Notes: generated from the letters alone by a model not told the origin. A stretch of DNA of 64,000 nt from Candidatus Aldehydirespiratoraceae bacterium (GCA_965221585.1 OZ244898.1:1209420-1273419); one strand, 5' to 3'. Shown: positions 45,436-55,832, counted from the first letter of the stretch. Numbers and translations are program-made.

Positions 45436-46185
45436 GTGCCCGCCGATCTGCTCGATCTGAATCGGATACCGCGTCATATCGCCTGCGTGATGGACGGCAA
45501 CGGCCGGTGGGCTCAGGCGAGGGGTCTGCCTCGCACCGAGGGTCACCGTGCCGGTGAACACTCATTGTTCGATGTCGTCGACGCCTCGCTCGAAATCGGT
45601 GTCGAGTGGCTGACGGTGTATGCCTTCAGCACCGAGAACTGGAGGCGACCCCGTGACGAGGTGAGATTCCTGATCAACTTCAACGAAGAGATCCTGTTGC
45701 GCCGACGTGATGAACTCAACGAGCGGGGTGTGCGTATCCGCTTCGTCGGACGTCGCGACTGGCGGGTTCCCAAGCGTTTGGTACGACGCATGGACGAGGC
45801 GTCGGAGTTGACCGCCAAGAACCGAAAGCTCACCTTCACCATCGCGTTCAACTACGGCGGCCGTGCCGAGATCGTCGACGCAGTGCGTCGAATCGCGGCT
45901 TCGGGAATAGCTCCCGAGAAGATCACCGAATCAACCATCGCCAAGAATCTCTACGACCCCCAGATGCCTGATCCGGACCTGGTCATTCGCACCTCCGGCG
46001 AGTACCGCATCTCCAACTTCCTGTTGTGGGAACTGGCCTACAGCGAGTTGGTGTTCGTCGACACGCCTTGGCCTGAGTTTCAGCGCCGGGAGTTCTTTGC
46101 GGCCATCAGAGAGTTTCAGGACCGGGACCGCCGTTTCGGCGCCGTTGGCGACGGGGGCGGCGGCGGCAGCGACGGCGGCGGCTGA
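45436..46185 (+). CDS. uppS: Isoprenyl transferase (undecaprenyl/decaprenyl diphosphate synthase family)
   Basis: IACVMDGNGRWA, LTVYAFSTENWRRP and IRTSGEYRISNFLLWE. Confidence 0.93.
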   Translation: MPADLLDLNRIPRHIACVMDGNGRWAQARGLPRTEGHRAGEHSLFDVVDASLEIGVEWLTVYAFSTENWRRPRDEVRFLINFNEEILLRRRDELNERGVRIRFVGRRDWRVPKRLVRRMDEASELTAKNRKLTFTIAFNYGGRAEIVDAVRRIAASGIAPEKITESTIAKNLYDPQMPDPDLVIRTSGEYRISNFLLWELAYSELVFVDTPWPEFQRREFFAAIREFQDRDRRFGAVGDGGGGGSDGGG

Positions 46186-46186
46186 G

Positions 46187-46915
46187 ATGAGCCTCTACCG
46201 GGATCAAGCTGTGGTGTTGCGGTCCTGGAAGCTCGGTGAGGCCGACCGGATCGTCAGTCTCCACACTTACGACAACGGCAAGGTCCGCGGCGTTGCCAAA
46301 GGAGTCCGTCGGACGAAATCCAAGTTCGGAGCGCGGCTTGAACCCTTGAGCCACGTTTCGGTCCAGCTGTACAGAGGACGCAGCGATCTCGACACCATCA
46401 CACAGGTGGAGACGATCTCACGGTTTGTTTCGTTGCGCGACGATCCGCAGCGTTTTGCACGTGCCCAGGCGTTGCTTGAGGCGGTCGAGGGGGTAGCCCA
46501 GGATCGGGAACCTGACCGGGCGCTTCATGTCATGTTGGTCAAGGCGCTCAGAACCCTTGCCGAACGCGACAGCGGCCTGGTGGTCGCCGCCTTCTTCCTG
46601 AAGCTCCTGGCCCATGAGGGTCTGCAGCCGCAGCTTGATGCCTGTTACGGGTGCGGCACGCAGAGCGAACTGGTGGCCTTCGATCTTGGAGACGGAGGTG
46701 TGCTCTGCCGACAGTGTCGTCGCGGGCGCCCCGTCTCGACGGAGGCTGTCGGTCTGATGAGGAGGATCCTCAGCGGTGGACTGGGCCGTGTGCTGGCCGA
46801 GGAGTCGACTTCGCCGTCCGGCGCGTCGTCAGAGGTTGAGGCGCTGGCGACGGCTCTGTTGGAGCACCACACCGAGAGGCGGCTGCGCTCCATTGCCGTG
46901 CTGGACCAGACCTGA
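46187..46915 (+). CDS. recO: DNA repair protein RecO
   Basis: MSLYRDQAVVLRSWKLGEADRIVSLHT is the RecO OB-fold N-terminus. A Cys4 zinc motif is present (CYGCG...CRQCR). Confidence 0.9.
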   Translation: MSLYRDQAVVLRSWKLGEADRIVSLHTYDNGKVRGVAKGVRRTKSKFGARLEPLSHVSVQLYRGRSDLDTITQVETISRFVSLRDDPQRFARAQALLEAVEGVAQDREPDRALHVMLVKALRTLAERDSGLVVAAFFLKLLAHEGLQPQLDACYGCGTQSELVAFDLGDGGVLCRQCRRGRPVSTEAVGLMRRILSGGLGRVLAEESTSPSGASSEVEALATALLEHHTERRLRSIAVLDQT

Positions 46916-46939
46916 GCGGCCCGGGGTCGGGCGCACGAG

Positions 46940-47893
46940 TCACTGGCTGATGGGGATCCAGCGGGCCGCAGACTCGTCCCATTCCATCCACGCCTCAAGA
47001 TCGTGGTCCCATTGGATATAGGTGTCGCGCGCCGCGTCCCAGGTTGGGGCGTCCACCCCTGGTTGCGATGCTTGCTGGCCGACACCTCCGGTCTCTGTGA
47101 TCGGTCCGGTCTGATCGGGGTGCCATTCCATTCCAGATTCATCCGAAGCCTCCGGATCAGAGTGGGTGCTGTCAGCGGCGGGAGGCGCGGTTGGTGCAGG
47201 TGGAGCAGGGTCGGTAACCCGTTCCGCGGTGACCGGTGCCTGCGTGGGCGGCGCTTGAACGGGTGGACTCCAAAGGCCCGGGAGCGGTGCGGTCGCGAGC
47301 GCCGCATCGTTGACTCCTCCGACCAGCGTCGGGATCCCGACGTATTTCTTGTCGACTACCAGGGTCTTCGCTGCGAAGTCGGCGACGCGACGGTGCCCTT
47401 TGGAAACCAGGGAGGAGATCAGCCCGGTCAGCGGTACCAGCAAGAACCAGGGGAACGCGTCGACGATCCACAGGATCCAACGCAGCAGATGCTTGTGAAC
47501 TCCAGCTTTGTCGAAGGTGCTCTGGTCGACGACACGGATACCGGCGGCGAGTTTGCCCAGAGAACCACCGGTGAACGCGGCGATGATCACGAGATTCAAG
47601 ACCGAGGCGACGATCACCCATACAGCGATATCGGTGATTTTGCCGTTCTCGAGCACGAAGACGAGAGAATCGCCCTGCAGGCAGATGTCACCGTTGTCGA
47701 GACTGTCGTAGTGGAGACAGATCTGCTCGGCGATCTCGGGATCTTCTACGTCTTCAAAGGTGGACGACGAGAGAAAAGCCATCACGAACACCGCGAACAG
47801 GATGAAGAAGTCGACCGCGGAGGCCACGCAACGGCGGCCGAACACAGCGGTCGGGTCTGCGGGCAGGGGATCGCCGGTTCGCATGGACTCCAT
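46940..47893 (-). CDS. RDD-family membrane protein with a Pro-rich C-terminal tail
   Basis: FGRRCVASAVDFFILF ... RRVADFAAKTLVV is the RDD pattern. The C-terminal ~110 aa are Pro/Ala/Thr-rich. Confidence 0.7.
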   Translation of the reverse strand: MESMRTGDPLPADPTAVFGRRCVASAVDFFILFAVFVMAFLSSSTFEDVEDPEIAEQICLHYDSLDNGDICLQGDSLVFVLENGKITDIAVWVIVASVLNLVIIAAFTGGSLGKLAAGIRVVDQSTFDKAGVHKHLLRWILWIVDAFPWFLLVPLTGLISSLVSKGHRRVADFAAKTLVVDKKYVGIPTLVGGVNDAALATAPLPGLWSPPVQAPPTQAPVTAERVTDPAPPAPTAPPAADSTHSDPEASDESGMEWHPDQTGPITETGGVGQQASQPGVDAPTWDAARDTYIQWDHDLEAWMEWDESAARWIPISQ

Positions 47894-47922
47894 ATCAGCG
47901 CGCCTCCGGTAGCCTCTCGGCC

Positions 47923-49233
47923 ATGGCTGACTCGGAACTGTTCGACAAGATAGTGAACCTATCCAAGCGTCGCGGGTTTATCTTCCAGTCAGCCGAGATC
48001 TACGGTGGTTTCCGTTCCACATACGACTATGGGCCGCTCGGGGTCCTGCTGTTGCGCAACGTCAAGGATGCTTGGTGGCGCTCGATGGTGCAGCACCGCC
48101 ATGACGTGGTCGGTCTCGACGCCTCGATCCTCTCTCCACCCCAGGTCTGGGAGGCGAGCGGTCACCTCGCCAACTTCTCGGATCCACTCGTCGACTGCAC
48201 CAACTGCAACGCCCGTCACCGCCAGGACAAACTCACCGACCCCGAGACCTGCCCAACCTGCGGAACAACCGGGTCCCTCACGGAGGCCCGCCAGTTCAAC
48301 CTGATGTTCAAGACCCACGCCGGTCCGATGGCCGACTCGACCGCGGAGGTCTACCTGCGCCCGGAGACAGCCCAGGGGATTTTCACCAATTTCGCCAACG
48401 TGCTGCAGACCAGCCGCAAGAAGCCACCGTTCGGCATTGCCCAGGTCGGAAAGTCGTTCCGCAACGAGATCACTCCGGGGAACTTCGTCTTCCGAACCCG
48501 CGAATTCGAGCAGATGGAGATGGAGTTCTTCGTTCCACCTGACGAGGCCGACCATTGGTTCAAGTATTGGTGTGATCAGAGGCTGGACTGGTACCTGGAT
48601 CTGGGCATTCCTTCAGCCGATATCCGCCTGCGGCCCCATGATGCCGACGAGCTGAGCCACTATTCGTCGGGAACGTCAGATTTGGAGTATCGGTTCCCGT
48701 GGGGTTGGGACGAACTCGAGGGAATTGCCGATCGAGGTGACTTCGACCTCACCGTCCATGCCGCCCATTCCGGGGAGCGTCTGGAGTATTTCGACCAGGC
48801 GAACAACCGGCATTACGTGCCTCACGTCATCGAACCGGCCGCAGGGGCCACCCGGGCAGCGATGGCCTTCCTGATGGCTGCCTACGACACCGAGACGGTC
48901 AACGACAGCGTCCGAACGGTGCTGCGCCTGGACACCCGGCTGGCGCCGTACAAGGTTGCGGTGCTGCCGCTGTCCAACAAGGACACGCTCACAACCACGG
49001 CCCAGGAGATCTTCGAGATCGTCAAGTTTCGTTGGATGGCCGACTACGACCAGACGCAGTCGATCGGGAAACGCTATGCCCGTCAGGATGAGATCGGCAC
49101 GCCCTATTGCGTGACTGTCGACTTCGACAGTCTCGAGGATCGGGCTGTCACCGTGCGGGAACGAGACACGCGTGAACAACAGCGGGTCTCGATCGATCAG
49201 CTGGAGGGGTTTCTGGCTGAGCGGCTCGGCTGA
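47923..49233 (+). CDS. glyQS: Glycine--tRNA ligase (homodimeric GlyQS type)
   Basis: KRRGFIFQSAEIYGG, YLRPETAQGIF and FRNEITPGNFVFRTREFEQMEMEFF. Confidence 0.95.
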   Translation: MADSELFDKIVNLSKRRGFIFQSAEIYGGFRSTYDYGPLGVLLLRNVKDAWWRSMVQHRHDVVGLDASILSPPQVWEASGHLANFSDPLVDCTNCNARHRQDKLTDPETCPTCGTTGSLTEARQFNLMFKTHAGPMADSTAEVYLRPETAQGIFTNFANVLQTSRKKPPFGIAQVGKSFRNEITPGNFVFRTREFEQMEMEFFVPPDEADHWFKYWCDQRLDWYLDLGIPSADIRLRPHDADELSHYSSGTSDLEYRFPWGWDELEGIADRGDFDLTVHAAHSGERLEYFDQANNRHYVPHVIEPAAGATRAAMAFLMAAYDTETVNDSVRTVLRLDTRLAPYKVAVLPLSNKDTLTTTAQEIFEIVKFRWMADYDQTQSIGKRYARQDEIGTPYCVTVDFDSLEDRAVTVRERDTREQQRVSIDQLEGFLAERLG

Positions 49234-49290
49234 GCCGCCCCTGACTGACCCCTTATCGGGAGGCGGGGGTTTCGGCTAGCTTGCGGATTG

Positions 49291-51120
49291 ATGGGCATTC
49301 ACCACGACGACATCGCCAAGGTACGAACCGCGGCTGATCTTGTCGCGCTGATCGGCGAACACACCGACATCAAGCGCTCAGGCCGCAACTGGATGGCCCG
49401 TTGCCCCCTTCACGGTGAACGTACGCCGTCGCTCTCCGTGAACGCCGAGAAGGGCGTCTACTACTGTTTCGGCTGTCAGCGCAGCGGTGACGCGATCACC
49501 TTCGTTCAAGAGATCGAGAAACTGGACTTTGTGGGGGCGGTCGAGTCTCTTGCGTCCCGCTACGGCATCGGTCTGCGCTATACGACACAGACGGAGGGAA
49601 CCACCCGGGCACGCCGCAGGCTGTTGCTCGACGCGGTGGCCGAGGCGGCGGAGTTCTACCATCAGAGGCTGCTCAATGGGACTGACGCGGGCGCGGCGCG
49701 GGGCTATCTGCGTTCGCGAGGCTATGACCGCGCGGTGGTGTCCAAGTATCGGATCGGCTGGGCACCGGACTCGTTCGACCAGCTAGCCCTGCATTTGAAG
49801 CTCAGCGACAAAGACCTGAGCGACAGTGGTCTGGGCTTCATCAACCGCGCCGAGCGACAACAGGATTTCTTTCGGGCACGGGTGATGTTCCCCATCGTCG
49901 ACGAGAGGGGGGAGCCCGTAGGTTTCGGCGGGAGGGTCCTGCCGGATGGCGAAGGGCCAAAGTACATGAACACCAGCGGAGAGGCGATGGTGTACGACAA
50001 GAACAGACTGCTCTACGGGTTGCACGCCCATCGCGAGGGGATCGTCAAGGAGGGTGAGGCCATCATCTGCGAGGGCTACACCGACGTGATCGGATTCGGC
50101 AACGCAGACATCCTGAGAGCAGTGGCGACCTGTGGCACCGCGCTGACCGAGGAACACATCAAGTTGCTCAAGAGGTTCTCAGCGAATCGTCTGGTGCTGG
50201 CGTTCGACACCGACTCGGCCGGACTCGCAGCCGCCGAACGCGTCTATGAATGGGAACAGCGTTTCGAACTCGATGTGCGAGTCGCCGACCTGCCGCCCGG
50301 TGTCGACCCCGACGATGTCGCCCGAGAAGATCCCGAGAAACTGGTCGCCGCGGTCGGAGACGCCATCCCCTACATGCGGTTCCGAATGAAGCAGGCGCTG
50401 GCAAACGCCGACCTGTCGAGCCCTGAGGGACGGGCGCGCGCCGCAGAGCAGGCGGTCCGAGTCGTGAGCGAGCACCCGAAGGAGCATGTCCGCGACCCTT
50501 ATCTGGTGGAGATCGGAGACCTTTGCCAGGTTGAGCCCCCGAGACTGCGGGATCTCGCCGCTAGATTTCGTTCACAGCCGGCCACCGCCGCGAACCGCGG
50601 TCAGCGCGAACTGCCCAACGCACCCGACGAACCGGTCGATGCTCCCCAGCACCGCCCGAGGCTCGCGGTCCCGGACGCCGCGGCCGCGGAGGACGAAGCG
50701 ATCCGCCTCGTCATAGACCGCCCGGGCGAGGCCTCGCGGCTCCACGCCAATCTCTTCGACCACAGTGTGCGCCAGGAGGCTTTCCAGGCGCTCAGGGACC
50801 ATGGATTCGAGGGGGCAGCACAACGTTGCGGACCGCAGGCCGCCGATCTGCTGAGGCGGTTGGCTGTGGAAGGTTTCGACGCTGATCGCGACGATGTCCT
50901 GGCCGGCATAGCCCGCCTCGCCGGTCGAAGAACACTCGACGGTATCGGCCGTGGCCTGCGTCCACTTGGAGCCACCGACGATTTGGCGGTCGACGTGAGC
51001 CGCTCGGCCACCTGGCTCAAATCTGAGTTGGAGAAGCTCAATGACCCGGCAACGCGCCGAAGCGCGGTCGACGGACTGCTGCCATGGCTGATCAGACACG
51101 CGGAATGGAGGGCGCGCTGA
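49291..51120 (+). CDS. dnaG: DNA primase
   Basis: Zinc ribbon [13 protein letters not shown]...[11 protein letters not shown] and a Toprim domain (EGYTDVI...AFDTDSAG). Confidence 0.95.
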   Translation: MGIHHDDIAKVRTAADLVALIGEHTDIKRSGRNWMARCPLHGERTPSLSVNAEKGVYYCFGCQRSGDAITFVQEIEKLDFVGAVESLASRYGIGLRYTTQTEGTTRARRRLLLDAVAEAAEFYHQRLLNGTDAGAARGYLRSRGYDRAVVSKYRIGWAPDSFDQLALHLKLSDKDLSDSGLGFINRAERQQDFFRARVMFPIVDERGEPVGFGGRVLPDGEGPKYMNTSGEAMVYDKNRLLYGLHAHREGIVKEGEAIICEGYTDVIGFGNADILRAVATCGTALTEEHIKLLKRFSANRLVLAFDTDSAGLAAAERVYEWEQRFELDVRVADLPPGVDPDDVAREDPEKLVAAVGDAIPYMRFRMKQALANADLSSPEGRARAAEQAVRVVSEHPKEHVRDPYLVEIGDLCQVEPPRLRDLAARFRSQPATAANRGQRELPNAPDEPVDAPQHRPRLAVPDAAAAEDEAIRLVIDRPGEASRLHANLFDHSVRQEAFQALRDHGFEGAAQRCGPQAADLLRRLAVEGFDADRDDVLAGIARLAGRRTLDGIGRGLRPLGATDDLAVDVSRSATWLKSELEKLNDPATRRSAVDGLLPWLIRHAEWRAR

Positions 51121-51122
51121 GC

Positions 51123-52079
51123 ATGCGTTCCGACGCGGGTTCCGACGTTGGATCGGCTGACGACGCGGTGCGGCTGTACCTTCAGGAGATCGGCCGTGTG
51201 CCCCTGCTGGATCCCGAGCAGGAAGTGCGGATAGCGGCTCGCATCCGGCGTGGGGGAGAGGCTGCCGAGACCCTCGCCGAACTTTCCGTCACGGGCGAGA
51301 AGTTGAGTGCCGAGGCGACCGCGCAACTGGAGCGTCTGGTCGGCGACGGCGAAGCCGCGCGTGATGAACTGACACAAGCGAACCTGCGGTTGGTGGTATC
51401 GATCGCCAAGCGCTATGCGAGCCGCTCAATGGCCCTTCTCGACGTGATACAAGAAGGGAATCTCGGTTTGATACGAGCCGTCGAGAAGTTCGACCACAAC
51501 AAGGGCTTCAAGTTCTCGACCTATGCCACATGGTGGATCCGCCAGTCGATCACCCGTGCGATCGCGGATCAGTCGCGCACCATTCGCATCCCTGTGCACG
51601 TGGCCGAGACCGTCAACCGGGTGAAGCGGGTGCAGTGGCAGATGAGCCAGGAACTGATGCGCGAACCGACAGTCGCCGAACTGGCAGAGAAACTCGATCA
51701 ACCGATCGAGAAGGTCTCAGAGATCCTGCGGATCTCTGAGGACCTGTTGTCGCTCGACTCCCCGATCGGGGAGAGCGAGGACTCGAGCCTGGCCAACCTC
51801 GTAGAGGACCAGAACGCGATCGCCCCGGGTGACGCGGCGACCCTGACGCTGCTGGTGGAGGCGGTTCGAGAGGTACTGGGCGAACTCACCGAGCGGGAGC
51901 AGGAAGTCGTACGGATGCGGTTCGGTCTGGACGAGGACCGACCCCGGACCCTCAAGGAAGTTGGCGAGTCTTTCGGCGTGACCCGCGAACGCATCCGCCA
52001 GATCGAAGCCAAGACGCTGGCGAAGCTGCGCCACCCGAACCGCAGCGAGCAGCTGCGCGATTACCTGGAATCCTTCTGA
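51123..52079 (+). CDS. Sigma-70 family RNA polymerase sigma factor (group 1/2, short N-terminus)
   Basis: Regions 1.2 through 4.2 are present: [37 protein letters not shown] and [19 protein letters not shown]. An in-frame ATG at 51084 is an alternative start that would overlap dnaG. Confidence 0.9.
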   Translation: MRSDAGSDVGSADDAVRLYLQEIGRVPLLDPEQEVRIAARIRRGGEAAETLAELSVTGEKLSAEATAQLERLVGDGEAARDELTQANLRLVVSIAKRYASRSMALLDVIQEGNLGLIRAVEKFDHNKGFKFSTYATWWIRQSITRAIADQSRTIRIPVHVAETVNRVKRVQWQMSQELMREPTVAELAEKLDQPIEKVSEILRISEDLLSLDSPIGESEDSSLANLVEDQNAIAPGDAATLTLLVEAVREVLGELTEREQEVVRMRFGLDEDRPRTLKEVGESFGVTRERIRQIEAKTLAKLRHPNRSEQLRDYLESF

Positions 52080-52136
52080 TCCGAGAATTTAACGAACTCG
52101 AAGAACAACTGGTGGCGGTATCATCTCTAGGACCGG

Positions 52137-52212
52137 TCCGGGGTAGCTCAGCTGGCAGAGCGCTCGGCTGTTAACCGAATTGTCGTGGGTTCGATCCCCA
52201 CCCCCGGAGCCA
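52137..52212 (+). tRNA. tRNA-Asn (anticodon GTT), CCA encoded
   Basis: Hand-folded: TCCGGGG/TA/GCTC..GAGC/CTCGG-CTGTTAA-CCGAA/GTGGG-TTCGATC-CCCAC/CCCCGGA-G-CCA. Confidence 0.9.
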
Positions 52213-52220
52213 ACGGAGCG

Positions 52221-52241
52221 GACCGCACGCAAGGTGCGGTC
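52221..52241 (+). terminator. 8-bp stem-loop after tRNA-Asn
   Basis: GACCGCAC-GCAAG-GTGCGGTC, followed by a weak T-containing tract (GGCTTCGCTGTTTC). Confidence 0.35.
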
Positions 52242-52282
52242 GGCTTCGCTGTTTCAATGGGCTGCAGCGGTAGGGTCTCGTT

Positions 52283-52355
52283 GGGCTCGTAGCTCAGTGG
52301 TTAGAGCAGAGGACTCATAATCCTTCGGTCGTGGGTTCGATCCCCACCGAGCCCA
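52283..52355 (+). tRNA. tRNA-Met, elongator type (anticodon CAT; tRNA-Ile2 not excluded)
   Basis: Hand-folded: GGGCTCG/TA/GCTC..GAGC/GAGGA-CTCATAA-TCCTT/GTGGG-TTCGATC-CCCAC/CGAGCCC-A. A G1-C72 pair and no GGG/CCC anticodon stem argue against an initiator. Confidence 0.85.
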
Positions 52356-52446
52356 CTATAGGCTCCACTGGTCGCTGGCCGTATGGCTAACGGCGATGTT
52401 CAAGGCCTCCCAGAGGCTTCGGATCAAGCCACGAAAGGCACTAACA

Positions 52447-53760
52447 ATGAGTAACGACTGGGGTTTCGAAACCCGCCAAATCCATGCCGGGCAGGAGGCC
52501 GATCCGACTACGGGTGCGCGCGCCGTGCCGATATATCAGACCACGGCGTACCAGTTCCGCGACACCGACCACGCCAAGAACCTGTTCGCCTTGGCCGAGA
52601 TAGGCAACATCTACACCCGGATAATGAACCCGACCCAGGCCGTGGTCGAAGCTCGCCTCGCCAGCCTCGAAGGCGGCACCGACACAGCGGTGGGCATTCC
52701 CGGCGCACTTGCGCTGGCGTCCGGCCAGGCTGCGGAGACCCTGGCGATTCTGAACCTCGCCGAGTCCGGGGATCACATCGTGTCGGCCTCGGCCCTTTAC
52801 GGCGGCACCTACAACCTCTTCCATTACACGCTGCCGAAGATGGGGATCACCTGCACGTTCGTTGACGACGCCGACGATGCCGACGCCTGGCAGGCGGCTA
52901 CGCAGCCCAACACCAAGGCCTACTACTGCGAGTCGATCGGCAACCCGATGAACAATGTCGTCGACATCGCCAAAGTCGCGGAGATCGCCCACGCCAACAA
53001 CGTGCCGTTGATCGTCGACAACACAGTGGCCACTCCTTATCTGATACGCCCCATCGAGCACGGAGCGGACATCGTCGTCCATTCCGCGACGAAGTTCATC
53101 GGTGGCCACGGCACCGCAATCGCGGGAGCGATCGTGGACGGAGGCACTTTCGACTTCGCCGCATCCGGGAAGCATCCGATGTTCACCGAGCCGGATCCCA
53201 GCTATCACGGTCTGGCCTTCTGGCCGGCACTCGGCCCGGGTTCCTACATCATCAAGGCCCGGGTGCAGCTGCTGCGCGATATCGGCGCGGCCATCTCGCC
53301 GGTGAACTCGTTCCTGCTGCTGCAAGGCCTCGAGACGCTGAGTCTGCGGATGGAACGTCACTTCTCCAACGCCAATGCGGTCGTTGAGTACCTCGCGGGC
53401 CACGATCAGGTTGAATCGGTCGCCTTCGCCGGACTGCCCGACTCTCCGTGGCACGCTGTCGCCAACGAGCTCGGCGGCGGAAGGGGCTACGGCTCGGTTC
53501 CCGCCTTTGTGATCAAGGGTGGTCTCGAAGCGGGCAAGAAGTTCGTGGAGGCCCTCGAACTGCACAGCCACCTGGCCAACATCGGCGACGTTCGCAGCCT
53601 GGTGATCCAGCCTGCAGCCACCACCCACTCCCAGTTGACCCCGGAAGAACAGGAATCCACGGGCGTCACCCCGGGTCAGGTGAGGCTGTCGGTGGGACTG
53701 GAGTCGATCGACGACATCATCGCGGATCTCGACAAGGGTTTCGCGGCGGCCGCTTCGTAA
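52447..53760 (+). CDS. metY: O-acetylhomoserine aminocarboxypropyltransferase (sulfhydrylase)
   Basis: FETRQIHAGQEADPTTGARAVPIYQTTAYQF and the PLP-Lys context HSATKFIGGHG. ATG 52447 was chosen within the ORF that opens at 52396. Confidence 0.92.
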   Translation: MSNDWGFETRQIHAGQEADPTTGARAVPIYQTTAYQFRDTDHAKNLFALAEIGNIYTRIMNPTQAVVEARLASLEGGTDTAVGIPGALALASGQAAETLAILNLAESGDHIVSASALYGGTYNLFHYTLPKMGITCTFVDDADDADAWQAATQPNTKAYYCESIGNPMNNVVDIAKVAEIAHANNVPLIVDNTVATPYLIRPIEHGADIVVHSATKFIGGHGTAIAGAIVDGGTFDFAASGKHPMFTEPDPSYHGLAFWPALGPGSYIIKARVQLLRDIGAAISPVNSFLLLQGLETLSLRMERHFSNANAVVEYLAGHDQVESVAFAGLPDSPWHAVANELGGGRGYGSVPAFVIKGGLEAGKKFVEALELHSHLANIGDVRSLVIQPAATTHSQLTPEEQESTGVTPGQVRLSVGLESIDDIIADLDKGFAAAAS

Positions 53761-53779
53761 ACGACGGAGGTGACAATCG

Positions 53780-54241
53780 ATGCTGAGTCAAGGCGAGGTA
53801 GTAGACAACTTCAGCTTGAGTGACCAACACGGCAACTCGGTGAGGTTGGACGAACTGGTCGCAACTGGGCCTTTGGTCCTGTTCTTCTACCTGCGAACCA
53901 ACACGGTCGGTTGAACCCAGGTCAGCTGCACCTTCCGTGATCTGAAGGCGGAGTTCGCTGAACTCAACGCCTCCAGAGTGGGGGTCTGCGCTGATTCGGT
54001 GAATCGGCAGAGAAAATTCGATGAGAAGCACACGCTGGGTTTCCCGCTGCTGTCAGACCGCGGCGGGAAGGTGGCGCGTCTGTTCGGAGTCAAACGCTTC
54101 GCGCCGCTCCCGCCGAAGCGGACCACGTTCGTGATCGACCAGGACCGGCGGATTGTCCGGGCGATCTGCAGCGAGTCGGACATGGCTGTTCACACCGACG
54201 AGGCTCTGGCGGCGTTGCGAGAACTCCAAAGCGGCGCCTGA
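53780..54241 (+). CDS. bcp: Bcp-type peroxiredoxin with in-frame TGA (53912-53914) at the peroxidatic Cys position: candidate selenoprotein, or else a nonsense pseudogene
   Basis: An ATG with GGAGG 10 nt upstream opens a 153-codon frame. It reads ...LVLFFYLRTNTVG-TGA-TQVSCTFRD...KFDEKHTLGFPLLSD...KRTTFVIDQDRRI. The TGA aligns with Cys45 and the downstream C with Cys50 of E. coli Bcp (CTTQAC). The conserved Thr and Arg are retained. Confidence 0.6.
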
Positions 54242-54263
54242 AGCCTGTCCTGGAATCTCGCCC

Positions 54264-54827
54264 TCAGGGTTCGTCAATCCAGGCGGGTGCGCGGTCGAGG
54301 AGGAACTCGGCGACCTTCGAGCAGCGGTCGAGAACGTCGCACAAGACGTCTCGTCCATAGAAGATCCTCGCAAGCTCCACTTGGACCCGGGCGACGATGC
54401 TGATCGCGCGGACCGGGGCGTCGGTGACCGCTGCGAAGCTGTCGAGGGCGCTCACCTCCAGCGGCAATTCGGTGTTGCCGATGCCGGCGAGGTCGGTCGC
54501 CAGAATCAACAGATCCGGTGCTGCCGGCAGCGGTGGGAGGGCGAAGCTGATTGTCAACGGCAGGCGAATGTCGTCGGACGCTTCTTCGCCATCGTCCAAA
54601 CCGAGCAGCTCATCCTCGAACATGATCAGGGCTCGAGCGCCGGCCTCGAGCGCGATGTGCATGTCCAGCGGGCCGTCGCACGCCTGATCGGGGTGCAGGT
54701 CGACCTCCCAGATCTGCCGGTTGGTGTATGTCTCGACGAAATGCCGTTCGTCGTGAACATGGAATCCGTGTTCGACGACATGATCCTTGAGATCGGCAAC
54801 GAATCCCTGTAGGTCGATTACTGCCAT
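54264..54827 (-). CDS. Hypothetical protein (188 aa)
   Basis: The ORF has protein-like composition from MAVIDLQGFVADLK. The upstream extension to 55058 looks non-coding. Confidence 0.5.
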   Translation of the reverse strand: MAVIDLQGFVADLKDHVVEHGFHVHDERHFVETYTNRQIWEVDLHPDQACDGPLDMHIALEAGARALIMFEDELLGLDDGEEASDDIRLPLTISFALPPLPAAPDLLILATDLAGIGNTELPLEVSALDSFAAVTDAPVRAISIVARVQVELARIFYGRDVLCDVLDRCSKVAEFLLDRAPAWIDEP

Positions 54828-54896
54828 TGCCACTAGCTTGCCATGACTTGGCACGTATCGTGTGGGCGATCGACCGTATTGTCTGAATTGTATTTT

Positions 54897-54923
54897 CTGA
54901 ACGAATCTGCCTGAACGAATCTG
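54897..54923. promoter_or_regulatory. Tandem direct repeat CTGAACGAATCTG x2 (14-bp period) in a divergent intergenic region
   Basis: Copies lie at 54897-54909 and 54911-54923, between the hypothetical gene (minus strand) and the IMPase-family gene (plus strand). Confidence 0.25.
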
Positions 54924-54956
54924 ACTGCGCGCCGACGGCGTGGGGAGGTTGACGAG

Positions 54957-55703
54957 ATGAACGCTGATGATGTGCTCACCGTCCTGCACGAGGCCGCCGA
55001 TGCGGTGGTCGACGCGTTCGTCGATCAGCGCGACTGGGGCAAGTCGGGCCTGCGCCACGATCAGTACGTTCCGGACCTTGTCGCGGATGAGGCGGTGCTC
55101 AGGGTGCTCGGCTCGGCCGGCATCCGTGTTCTCAGCGAGGAGAGCGGCCTCGGGCCCGGTACCGGGCCGGTGGCGGTTGTCGACCCTGTCGACGGCTCGA
55201 CCAACGCTTCACTGCCGCTTCCGTGGTTCGCAACGAGCCTGTGTGTGGTGGACGACCAGGGTTTGTGGGTGGCGCTGGTACATGACCACCCCGGTAATCG
55301 GCGCTACACGGCGATCCGCGGTCAGGGCGCGGCCCTTGACGGCGTTGCGTTGACCGAGCCCCCTGCAGTGGAACTCTCCGAAGCGGTCGTAGCGGTGAAC
55401 GGAGTGCCTCCGGCTGAGGCGGGGTGGTGGCAGTTCCGGACCATGGGTTCCTGCGCGTTGGAATTGTGTGCGGTGGCGGACGGACGCTTCGCCGGGTACA
55501 TCGATTTCTCGGGCTCGCTCCATGTCTGGGACTACGCGGGCGCCCTGCTTGTCTGCGCTGAAGTCGGCGTGGTAGCGGCCGATGCCGAGGACCGAGACTT
55601 GACGGTTCTTGACCACGAGGCTGAGCGTTCACCGGTAGTAGCACCAGCGGATTTGATGCCGCAGTTGTTGTCGTTGCGTCATGGTGAGGGTTCAAACCGA
55701 TAA
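54957..55703 (+). CDS. Inositol monophosphatase family protein
   Basis: LSEESG and VVDPVDGSTN are the IMPase metal-binding motifs. WDYAGA is the C-terminal motif. Confidence 0.85.
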   Translation: MNADDVLTVLHEAADAVVDAFVDQRDWGKSGLRHDQYVPDLVADEAVLRVLGSAGIRVLSEESGLGPGTGPVAVVDPVDGSTNASLPLPWFATSLCVVDDQGLWVALVHDHPGNRRYTAIRGQGAALDGVALTEPPAVELSEAVVAVNGVPPAEAGWWQFRTMGSCALELCAVADGRFAGYIDFSGSLHVWDYAGALLVCAEVGVVAADAEDRDLTVLDHEAERSPVVAPADLMPQLLSLRHGEGSNR

Positions 55704-55832
55704 ATGGATGCGACTTGCGGTTGTGCTTGTTGCTGGTTCCGCTAGATTTGTCGCAGTACCACTGACCTGGCCGTGATCCGACGTTGCGCGCCACCGATAC
55801 TGGTCTGGTGACTCTGGAAGGGAACAAAATAA

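Noticed and set aside
52283-52355. Initiator tRNA-fMet.
   Set aside because: It has a paired G1-C72 and lacks the three consecutive G-C pairs in the anticodon stem. It was called elongator Met, and Ile2 (lysidine) is not excluded.
52356-52446. SAM-type riboswitch upstream of metY.
   Set aside because: Only about 90 nt lie between tRNA-Met and the start. I could not find the conserved SAM-I or SAM-IV helices or core nucleotides, only a trivial 5-bp hairpin.
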